Below are positions 18,152 to 25,935 of a stretch of DNA of 32,523 bases, one piece after another. Source of the DNA: Desulfobacterales bacterium (GTDB taxonomy: Bacteria; Desulfobacterota; Dissulfuribacteria; Dissulfuribacterales; JAMONC01). The position numbers and the translations under genes are program-made. Position 1 is the stretch's first letter. Each line of letters opens with the position of its first letter. The notes beneath the pieces are model-generated. The model was not told where the DNA came from. It worked only from the letters and a program-made list of their open reading frames with translations, and did not search any database. The stretch is from NCBI GenBank assembly GCA_027066725.1, contig JAMONC010000251.1:1-32523 (forward strand), given 5' to 3'.

Positions 18152-19303
18152 TTACATGCCTTTTTGACATTCTTTTACTACTTCTTGTATTTCATCATCT
18201 AGTTCAGGAGGAAGTCCTTCTATTTTAACATTTAAAAACCCTCTAACTATAGTAGAAACAGCTTCTTCATCGCTTAACCCTCTTGCCATAAGATATTCTA
18301 TTTCTTCTTGAGCAATTCTTCCAACAGCAGCCTCATGAGACATATCTACATCAGGAACATGGGCTTCAAGCTCTGGGATTGCCCTAATGACTCCGCTTTT
18401 ACTTAACATAAGTCCCTGACATTCAAGATGAGCCTTTATCTCTTTTGCCTTTCCAATGAGGTGTCCTCGTGCATATACAGAACCACCATAAGATATTGTC
18501 CTAGAGATAATTTCTGCCTTGCTTTTAGGTGCATTTAGTACTACTCGAGAGCCAAGGTCTAAAGAAGAGCCTTTTGGAGCAACCACTACAGAATTAAAAC
18601 TTGCCATTGCTCCTTCACCATTTAGATAGGCTGTAGGGAAAGTTTGAACAGATTTTACTCCTTTAAGAGAGATATAATTTGAAACAAAAACTGAGCGTTC
18701 TTTTAGGATAATACCCGTTCTAGGCCTTACATATACATCTTCTGCCCAATTATGAATCATTGTAAAGATTAAATATGCCCCTTTTTCAATAAAGAACTCA
18801 GATACTCCTATATGTAACCCTGATTTTAGATGAGGGTGTGTGGTACAGCCTGTAATGATATTTGCTTTAGCACCTTCCTCAACAATTACTATGTTATGGA
18901 CCTTTTGTGATATACCTTCATCTCTTATGTATAGACAGCTTTGTATGGGATAGTTAACAACAGCTCCTTTTTTGATTCTTATAAAATATCCATTATCAAG
19001 ATCTTGATCTGCCTCTTTAGTAAAAGCATCTTTATCTTTTTCTACCGCCTTCCACCAATAGTCTTTAAGTCCATCATATTTTTTTAAAGCTTCTTTTATA
19101 GGAAGTATTTCAACGCCTTCAGGTACTGCTTGACAGTGTTTTACTGCTTGATTTATTTGTAAAAAACTTCCAGCCTTTTTATCTGTATTTAGTTCTATGC
19201 CAGCATGTCTTAATCTTAAGAGTTCATCTTCAGAAAGTTCTTCGCTAGAGAAGTCTTTTTCTGGAGCAGGCTTAAATGCCTTTATTAGTTCCTGGTCGTC
19301 CAT
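18152..19303 (-). CDS. SufB/SufD-family Fe-S cluster assembly scaffold protein (short form)
   Basis: 383 aa with SufBD beta-helix-type sequence and the conserved C-terminal region (HEAAVGRIAQEEIEYLMARGLSDEEA). It is shorter than canonical SufB and directly follows sufC. Confidence 0.8.
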   Translation of the reverse strand: MDDQELIKAFKPAPEKDFSSEELSEDELLRLRHAGIELNTDKKAGSFLQINQAVKHCQAVPEGVEILPIKEALKKYDGLKDYWWKAVEKDKDAFTKEADQDLDNGYFIRIKKGAVVNYPIQSCLYIRDEGISQKVHNIVIVEEGAKANIITGCTTHPHLKSGLHIGVSEFFIEKGAYLIFTMIHNWAEDVYVRPRTGIILKERSVFVSNYISLKGVKSVQTFPTAYLNGEGAMASFNSVVVAPKGSSLDLGSRVVLNAPKSKAEIISRTISYGGSVYARGHLIGKAKEIKAHLECQGLMLSKSGVIRAIPELEAHVPDVDMSHEAAVGRIAQEEIEYLMARGLSDEEAVSTIVRGFLNVKIEGLPPELDDEIQEVVKECQKGM

Positions 19304-19317
19304 TTATTTCCTCCTTA

Positions 19318-20040
19318 TTACATGTTACATTGTACGCATTCAAGATAACCAAATTTTTGGATACCCTGGAATATTTCAACAGGATTTCCTTCACATCTAA
19401 TCTTTCCATCAAGCATAACATGACCTTTATCTGCTGTGACATAATTTAGTATAAATCCTGTATGAGTAATAATAAGTCCAGATTTTGTTCTATTTCTACG
19501 TCTATCTTTTTGTAAAAGTTTTCTAATCATCTCTGCAATAATCTGTAGATTTTCAATATCTACACCAGATTCAGGTTCATCTAATAAAACAAGGTCAGGA
19601 TTCTGAGCAAGTAATTGTAAAAGCTCAGATTTTTTTATTTCTCCTCCAGAAAAGCCAAGATTTACGTCCCTTTCTAAAAAATGATCAAAGCCATATAGCT
19701 TAGCCAAGCCCTGTCCGATCTCTTTAGAGCCTGCACAAATTGTTAAAAGGTCAATAAGTTTAACACCTCTAAGTGTTGGGGGGCGCTGAAAAGATATTCC
19801 TATACCTAATTTTGCCCTTTGGTTTGTTGGCATATATGTAATATCTTCTCCTTTAAAGGTTATCCGTCCTTGTTTTACTTTATATCCAGAAAAGCCCATT
19901 ATTGTCATTAAAAGAGTGGTTTTTCCTGATCCGTTTTTTCCAAATAGACAATGTGTTTCTCCTTGATTTATATGAAGATTTATACCTTTAAGTACTTCTT
20001 TACCATGTACCTCTACCCATAGGTCTTCAATATGAAGCAT
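19318..20040 (-). CDS. sufC: Fe-S cluster assembly ATPase SufC
   Basis: 240 aa with Walker A (GKNGSGKTT), an ABC signature variant (FSGGEIKK) and Walker B (LVLLDEPESG). An AAGGAGG SD lies upstream. The C-terminus ends in ECVQCNM. Confidence 0.88.
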   Translation of the reverse strand: MLHIEDLWVEVHGKEVLKGINLHINQGETHCLFGKNGSGKTTLLMTIMGFSGYKVKQGRITFKGEDITYMPTNQRAKLGIGISFQRPPTLRGVKLIDLLTICAGSKEIGQGLAKLYGFDHFLERDVNLGFSGGEIKKSELLQLLAQNPDLVLLDEPESGVDIENLQIIAEMIRKLLQKDRRRNRTKSGLIITHTGFILNYVTADKGHVMLDGKIRCEGNPVEIFQGIQKFGYLECVQCNM

Positions 20041-20083
20041 TAATAGTCCTCCTTAAACTTTTTGATTGTTTTAATATGACTAT

Positions 20084-20098
20084 ATTGTTAAAAACAAT
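20084..20098. promoter_or_regulatory. Perfect 15-nt palindrome upstream of sufC (possible operator)
   Basis: ATTGTT-AAA-AACAAT lies 44 to 58 nt upstream of the sufC start, downstream of a TTGCAT -35-like hexamer on the minus strand. Function not established. Confidence 0.3.
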
Positions 20099-20332
20099 TT
20101 ATCTTACTGATGCAATAAAAATTTATTTATTTTTCTTTAGAAAGATTTTAGAATAAATATTAAATAGTAATTTTTTAAAATAAAATGTTGTTAGGAATAA
20201 TTGTTGCATAAAAAATGCATAAAGAACCGATTAAATAAATTAGGCAGAGATTAATATGTTTTTGTATTGCTATATTTATATTTAGCTATATATTAAATTG
20301 TGTAATTTTTATTTTTTTGATAAGATAGGCCT

Positions 20333-21103
20333 GTGAAAACATTTATAACTTTTTTAGGTCGAATAACTATAAATATTTTAGGTGAAATGGGTGGTATGGC
20401 CGTTATGTTGGCCAAAACCATCATTTTGACTTTTACTCCTCCTTTTAGAATTAGAAATTTAATAAAACAGATGGAAATTATAGGTGTTAATTCCGTTCCT
20501 GTAGTTCTTCTTACAGGCCTTTTTACAGGTATGGTGTTAGCCTTACAAGGATATTATGGCTTTAAAAAATTTGGTGGAGAGTCTCTTTTAGGAGCAACAG
20601 TGACTCTATCTATGACAAGAGAATTGGGTCCTGTTTTAACTGCTCTTATGGTAACTGCAAGGGCTGGCTCTGCAATGGCAGCAGAGCTTGGTACCATGAA
20701 GGTAACAGAGCAAATGGATGCTTTAGCTGCTATGGCAGTAGATCCTTTACAATATTTAATTGTTCCAAGGATATGGGCTTCAATACTTATGTTGCCTCTT
20801 CTTACAGGGCTTGCTGATGCAATTGGAATTGTTGGTGGATATATTATAGGAGTAAAACTTTTAGGGATTGATCCTGGCATATACGTACAAAGGACTATAG
20901 ATATTGTTCAACTCCGAGACATTACAGATGGTCTTATAAAGGCAGCAGTATTTGGATTACTTTTGGCTTTAATTGGCTGTTATAAAGGGTACCACACAAA
21001 AGGAGGAGCAAAAGGAGTTGGAGAGGCAACTACTCATGCTGTTGTAATAGCTTCTATTGCCATATTAATTGGAGACTACATACTGACATCTTTATTGATG
21101 TAG
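20333..21103 (+). CDS. mlaE: MlaE-family ABC permease (MCE/phospholipid transport system)
   Basis: A 256-aa polytopic protein with typical MlaE segments (TRELGPVLTALMVTARAGSAMAAELGTMKVTEQMDAL). It uses a GTG start. Confidence 0.88.
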   Translation: MKTFITFLGRITINILGEMGGMAVMLAKTIILTFTPPFRIRNLIKQMEIIGVNSVPVVLLTGLFTGMVLALQGYYGFKKFGGESLLGATVTLSMTRELGPVLTALMVTARAGSAMAAELGTMKVTEQMDALAAMAVDPLQYLIVPRIWASILMLPLLTGLADAIGIVGGYIIGVKLLGIDPGIYVQRTIDIVQLRDITDGLIKAAVFGLLLALIGCYKGYHTKGGAKGVGEATTHAVVIASIAILIGDYILTSLLM

Positions 21104-21123
21104 ATTATGTAATTATTTCTTCT

Positions 21124-21864
21124 ATGATTGACTTAATAGACGTTCATAAAAGCTTTAATACACAACATGTACTTAGGGGAGTGAATCTTCATATCCCAAA
21201 AGGGAAAACTACAGTTATTTTAGGGCAAAGTGGTGGAGGAAAAAGTGTTTTATTAAAACATATGTTAGGACTTATTAAACCTGATTCAGGTCAAATCTTA
21301 GTAGATGGAGTAGATATTACAAAACTTTCAGATAAGAAGCTTTTTGCTATAAGAAAAAAATTTGGTATGTTGTTTCAAGATGCAGCACTATTTGATTCAT
21401 TAACTATTGGAGAAAATGTAGCTTTTCCTATAAGAGAACACAAACGCCTACCAGAAAAAAAGATTCAAAAAATTGTTAAGGAAAAATTAGCATTAGTAGG
21501 TCTTGAGGAACACGCACATAAAATGCCTTCAGAGCTTTCTGGAGGTATGAAAAAAAGAGCTGGGCTTGCCCGTGCAATAGCTCTAGATCCAGAAATCTTA
21601 CTGTTTGATGAACCTACCACAGGACTTGATCCTGTAATGACAAAAAAGATAGATCATTTGATTATAGAGACTCAAAAAAACTTAAATTTAACCTGCGTTG
21701 TTATAAGTCATGATATGGCGTCCACTTTTAGAATTGCACATAATATAGCCTTCTTGTGTCAAGGTGTCATAGCAGTCCAAGGCACACCAGAAGAGATAAA
21801 AAATACTGATCATCCAGTATTAAAAGAGTTTTTAGAAGGTTTTTTAAGACATCAAGAGGCATAA
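21124..21864 (+). CDS. mlaF: MlaF-family ABC ATPase
   Basis: 246 aa with Walker A (GQSGGGKS), signature (LSGGMKKR) and Walker B (ILLFDEPTTGLDP). Confidence 0.9.
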   Translation: MIDLIDVHKSFNTQHVLRGVNLHIPKGKTTVILGQSGGGKSVLLKHMLGLIKPDSGQILVDGVDITKLSDKKLFAIRKKFGMLFQDAALFDSLTIGENVAFPIREHKRLPEKKIQKIVKEKLALVGLEEHAHKMPSELSGGMKKRAGLARAIALDPEILLFDEPTTGLDPVMTKKIDHLIIETQKNLNLTCVVISHDMASTFRIAHNIAFLCQGVIAVQGTPEEIKNTDHPVLKEFLEGFLRHQEA

Positions 21865-21882
21865 CCTTAAAAGGAGGAAGAG

Positions 21883-22944
21883 ATGGCAACCCAATGTCCT
21901 CGTACAGAAATAAAGGTTGGCATCTTTGTTTTAATTGCTCTTATAGTTCTTGGATATATGAGTTTTAGGTTAGCAGGAGAGAATTTTTCTGCAAAGAAAG
22001 GATATTCTCTTTGTTTTGTTGTAGATACTGCATCAGGACTTGCGCCTAATTCTAGGGTTGAAATGGCAGGCATCCCCATTGGGTATGTAAGAAAAATAAA
22101 ATTATATCATGGAGAAGCAAAAGTTTGTCTAGTTATATATAATAAATACAAGATAGCTAAAAATGCTACAGTTTGGGTTAGAACAAAGGGAATTTTAGGC
22201 GACAAATATGTCGAAATACATCAAGGAGATCTCGACAAAGGTGTCCTTTCGCCAGGAGGTAGAATTACAAAAGTTATTAGACCAGAAGATCTAGATGAAT
22301 TATTTGTAGATATGGGACCTGTTTTTCAAGATTTTAAAAGTATTGCTAATAGTCTAGCTAAAACTATAGGATCAAAAGAAGGAGAAAAAAATATAAAAGA
22401 AACATTAAATAATATAAGAAGTGCCACGGAATCCTTAAAAGTAATTACTGCTGAAATAAAAAATGGAAAAGGAACTCTTGGCAAACTACTAACTGATGAT
22501 TCTTTGTATTATCAGTTAAAAGATACTATTACTTCAATAAATAAAGTAGCAAATAATCTGAATAACGGAAAAGGGACTATAGGGAAACTTCTAACAGATG
22601 ATACTATTTATATGCAATTAAAAGATACCATGGCAACCTTAAGGAGAACAGTTGCTTCACTAAATATAATTGCTGATAGGATTAAAAATGGTGAGGGTAC
22701 TTTAGGTAAGTTAATATATAGTGAAGATATTTATGATAAGCTGAAAGATACTGTTAATAATTTAGATAAGCTTACTAAGAACTTAAATAGTGGAAAAGGA
22801 ACTCTTGGCAAACTACTAACTGATGATTCTTTGTATAAAGAAGCTCAAAAGACACTTCATAATGTTGATAAGGCAGCTCAGGGATTAAATGAACAGGTAC
22901 CAGTTACTATTTTAGGAACAGTAGTTGGTGCTGCTGTTAGATAA
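21883..22944 (+). CDS. mlaD: MlaD/MCE-domain protein with extended repeat-containing C-terminal region
   Basis: 353 aa with an AAGGAGG SD. It has an N-terminal TM helix (IKVGIFVLIALIVLGYMSF) and an MCE domain (VEMAGIPIGYVRKI... GILGDKYVEI). Four copies of the unit G(K/E)GT(L/I)GKL..D..(L/I)Y..LKDT follow. Confidence 0.85.
   Translation: MATQCPRTEIKVGIFVLIALIVLGYMSFRLAGENFSAKKGYSLCFVVDTASGLAPNSRVEMAGIPIGYVRKIKLYHGEAKVCLVIYNKYKIAKNATVWVRTKGILGDKYVEIHQGDLDKGVLSPGGRITKVIRPEDLDELFVDMGPVFQDFKSIANSLAKTIGSKEGEKNIKETLNNIRSATESLKVITAEIKNGKGTLGKLLTDDSLYYQLKDTITSINKVANNLNNGKGTIGKLLTDDTIYMQLKDTMATLRRTVASLNIIADRIKNGEGTLGKLIYSEDIYDKLKDTVNNLDKLTKNLNSGKGTLGKLLTDDSLYKEAQKTLHNVDKAAQGLNEQVPVTILGTVVGAAVR
22464..22836 (+). 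repeat. Perfect 46-nt direct repeat inside mlaD (copies at 22464..22509 and 22791..22836)
   Basis: TGGAAAAGGAACTCTTGGCAAACTACTAACTGATGATTCTTTGTAT occurs twice, 327 nt (109 codons) apart and in frame. The copies encode the first and fourth GKGTLGKLLTDDSLY units. The two middle units have diverged at the nucleotide level. Confidence 0.95.
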
Positions 22945-22952
22945 TTTTTCCT

Positions 22953-24455
22953 ATGTTTTTTATTAAAAAAAGATACATAGTATTATATTGCTTGTGCATA
23001 TTGATCTTTATAAGCCCTAGAAATATCTGGGCTAATAGTCAAAGGAATAACTTTTCTTTAACATGGCATCTTAATCTTTCTCCATTATTTTATATTGCTT
23101 CAAATAAAAGCAAAGATACCTGGGTAGTTGAATTCTTAGGTCCATTTTTTACTTTTTATCATTCCAATAACCAAGAAGGCTGGCTTTTTAAACCTCTTTT
23201 TTCTTGGAAAAAGACAAAAAAGAAAGAAAGATTTTTATATCTCTATCCCCTAGGTAAATGGGAGTCAGAAAACGGGGAATCTTCTTGGTATTTGGTTCCA
23301 TTTTTTAGAGGAAATAGTCAGAAAACCGCTTCCAATAAAAAGAATGAATATACAAAGTTTTACTGGCCTATATTTTGGGGAAAGACTAAAACAGGTGAAT
23401 CTTTTTGGGGAATATTCCCTTTATATGGTACAATATATAACCACTATGGTTTAGATAAATTAAGATTTATATTATGGCCTCTTTATACAAAATCTGTTTG
23501 GGGTAAAAATTATAGAATTACAATGCCTTGGCCTTTTTTCTCCTATATAAAAGGACCAGATGAACATGGAATAAAGATATGGCCTCTTTATGAGCATATA
23601 GTAAGTCCTGGCAAATGGGAGAAGCGTTTTATATTATGGCCCTTTTTTCTAGAGAAAAAAGATCTTAAAAATCCCAAAAGGTCCTATCAGTGGATGTTGC
23701 TTCCTTTTTATGCCAAACAAGTAGAAGGTAATTTTACAAGTCAAAGCTTTTTGTGGCCATTTTTTAGGATAGCCAATAATCCTGATGATAATTTAACAGA
23801 AGTTGAAGCTCCTTGGCCATTTATAAGATATAGCAAGGATAACAACTCATTAAATATGCAGCTATGGCCCCTTATTGGCTTTAAGAATGCACCAAATCTT
23901 TCTTCTTATTATTTTATATGGAGTTGTTTCTCACATGATAAGCAAAGATTCAATGATGGTAGCATATTAAGTTCTTGGAGGCTTCTTTTCTTTTCTAAAA
24001 TCGAAACAGAGACAAATAATAAGGAACAAATTACTTATGAGAAATGTAGAATATGGCCGCTTTTTAATTATAAAAGGGTTAAACAATGTTATTGGTTTGC
24101 TTTTCCAGAAATAAATCCCTTTGATATTCCAGAAATTGATCTGATGTATGGTTCAATATTTCATATATTAGAATTAAAAAGAACTTCAAATGCAGGTTAT
24201 ACTAAATTTTTATGGGGGCTTTATAGACATTATTGGAATAAAAACGAAAATTATAGGGCAATTAGCTTTTTATATTCTTCCCAACAAAATAGAAACGTAA
24301 AAAAATGGTGTATATTAGGCGGATTATTTGGTAGAATTACAAAAGGTGTGCAAAAAGAATTTATTATTTTATTTAAGCCAATATCTTGGTGGAGGAGGAT
24401 TTTTCATTTAGATAACAAGAAAAATTTTTCTGATTTAAAGTTGAATCATAGCTAA
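22953..24455 (+). CDS. Exported hypothetical protein built from about 16 short W-P-[LF]-[FY] repeats
   Basis: The 500-aa ORF starts 9 nt after mlaD. It has a signal-peptide-like N-terminus (MFFIKKRYIVLYCLCILIFISPRNIWA). There are nine W-P-[LFI]-[FYI] cores (YWPIF, LWPLY, PWPFF, IWPLY, LWPFF, LWPFF, PWPFI, LWPLI, IWPLF). About seven degenerate x-P-[LF]-[FY] cores are also present, all spaced roughly 15 to 25 residues apart. I recognise no family. Confidence 0.75.
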   Translation: MFFIKKRYIVLYCLCILIFISPRNIWANSQRNNFSLTWHLNLSPLFYIASNKSKDTWVVEFLGPFFTFYHSNNQEGWLFKPLFSWKKTKKKERFLYLYPLGKWESENGESSWYLVPFFRGNSQKTASNKKNEYTKFYWPIFWGKTKTGESFWGIFPLYGTIYNHYGLDKLRFILWPLYTKSVWGKNYRITMPWPFFSYIKGPDEHGIKIWPLYEHIVSPGKWEKRFILWPFFLEKKDLKNPKRSYQWMLLPFYAKQVEGNFTSQSFLWPFFRIANNPDDNLTEVEAPWPFIRYSKDNNSLNMQLWPLIGFKNAPNLSSYYFIWSCFSHDKQRFNDGSILSSWRLLFFSKIETETNNKEQITYEKCRIWPLFNYKRVKQCYWFAFPEINPFDIPEIDLMYGSIFHILELKRTSNAGYTKFLWGLYRHYWNKNENYRAISFLYSSQQNRNVKKWCILGGLFGRITKGVQKEFIILFKPISWWRRIFHLDNKKNFSDLKLNHS

Positions 24456-24496
24456 ATGTCCTGTAATTTGGCTTACAATAAAATTAACTATAAAAT

Positions 24497-25075
24497 ATGG
24501 GGTATTATGGAATGGCAACAAAAGACAATTTAGAACAGATTGTCTCTAAAGAAGAAATACAAAAAAGGGTAAAAGAGCTGGGGAAACAGATTAGTAAAGA
24601 TTATAAAGAAAAGAAATTGGTTGTTATTGGCATATTAAAAGGTGCTTTTGTATTTATGGCAGATTTAATAAGAGAGATTTCAATCCCTTTGCAGATAGAT
24701 TTTGTGCGTTTGGCAAGCTATGGTAATTTAATGCAGTCTTCTGGTGAAGTTAGGATTACAAAAGATATAGAATTAAATATTGAAGATAAAGATGTTTTAG
24801 TAGTGGAAGACATAGTAGATACAGGGCTTACTTTGCAGTATTTAGAAGAAGTATTAAAATTACATAAGCCTGCTTCAGTTAAAATATGTTGTCTTATAGA
24901 TAAAAAGGAACGAAGACGAGTTCCAATATCTGTAGACTATGTAGGCTTTGATATACCTAGGGGTTTTTTAGTGGGCTATGGATTGGATTTTGAAGAAAAT
25001 TATAGAGAATTACCTGGCATATTTAAAATAATACCGGGTTATGAACCAGAAGGATTTATCCCTTCAGATAAATAA
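24497..25075 (+). CDS. hpt: Hypoxanthine(-guanine) phosphoribosyltransferase
   Basis: It has the PRPP-binding motif VLVVEDIVDTGLT, GILKGAFVFMADL and the DFVRLASY segment. The ATG at 24512 (MATKDN..., with GGGG 9 nt upstream) is as likely a start as 24497. Confidence 0.9.
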   Translation: MGYYGMATKDNLEQIVSKEEIQKRVKELGKQISKDYKEKKLVVIGILKGAFVFMADLIREISIPLQIDFVRLASYGNLMQSSGEVRITKDIELNIEDKDVLVVEDIVDTGLTLQYLEEVLKLHKPASVKICCLIDKKERRRVPISVDYVGFDIPRGFLVGYGLDFEENYRELPGIFKIIPGYEPEGFIPSDK

Positions 25076-25093
25076 AGAAAAAGGATTAATAAA

Positions 25094-25927
25094 ATGCGTG
25101 AGTATAAGTTTAAGTATAGATATCAAGGTAAAAAAGGTCCCATAGTTCCTGTTAGATTAAATTTAGATGATACCTTTAATTTTGAATGTTCTAAAGATCT
25201 ACCATGTTTTACAAGATGTTGTTATGATGCATACATTATGCTTACACCTTATGATGTGATTAGACTCAAGCAACGTTTAGATCTTAATTCAAATGATTTC
25301 TTAGCTATTTATACTACTCTAGGATTTATTGAAAATACAGAACTTCCTATTCCTGTTCTTAAGATGTTAGAGGATGAAGAAGGAAGCCCTTGTCCATTTT
25401 TAGATAAAGAAAATGGTTGCAAGATTTATGAAGATCGTCCTTCTACTTGTAGATATTATCCTATAGGTGCGGGTATTTTTCACAATAAAGATGCCTCAAG
25501 TGATGAAAAATTTTTTGCAATAATAAAAGAAGATCACTGTGAGGGATTAAACAGTAAAAAGACATGGACTGTTAGACAGTGGAGAGAAAATCAGGGGTTA
25601 GAACCCTATGATGAAGTAAATAGCGGTTGGGTAGAGCTTATTTTAAAAAGAAAATCTCTAGGACCATTTTGCCAGATACCTGATAAAACTTTGCAGATGT
25701 TTTTTATGGGCTGTTACAATGTAGATGAATTTAGACGTTTTGTATTAAATTCTAAGTTCTTAGAGATATATGTAATAGAACCAGAACGAGTAGAAAAGGT
25801 AAAAGAGGACGATATAGAAGCATTAAAACTTGCAGTAGATTGGTTAAAGACTACTTTATTTGGAGAAGGAATTTTAAAGATTAGAGAGATCACTACAGAT
25901 CCAGATATGGTTGAAGTTGAACCATAA
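25094..25927 (+). CDS. YkgJ/UPF0153-family cysteine-cluster protein
   Basis: 277 aa with an N-terminal Cys cluster (FECSKDLPCFTRCC). It also has the characteristic second half-site, SPCPFLDKENGCKIYEDRPSTCRYYP. Confidence 0.75.
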   Translation: MREYKFKYRYQGKKGPIVPVRLNLDDTFNFECSKDLPCFTRCCYDAYIMLTPYDVIRLKQRLDLNSNDFLAIYTTLGFIENTELPIPVLKMLEDEEGSPCPFLDKENGCKIYEDRPSTCRYYPIGAGIFHNKDASSDEKFFAIIKEDHCEGLNSKKTWTVRQWRENQGLEPYDEVNSGWVELILKRKSLGPFCQIPDKTLQMFFMGCYNVDEFRRFVLNSKFLEIYVIEPERVEKVKEDDIEALKLAVDWLKTTLFGEGILKIREITTDPDMVEVEP

Positions 25928-25935
25928 AAGATTAT

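Noticed and set aside
20076-20156. Mini-ORFs in the sufC-mlaE intergenic region (a 26-codon ORF from ATG 20076; MFLYCYIYI from about 20256)
   Set aside because: There is no convincing SD. In sequence this AT-rich, short ATG-to-stop runs are expected by chance. Nothing suggests a leader peptide, such as a run of regulatory codons.
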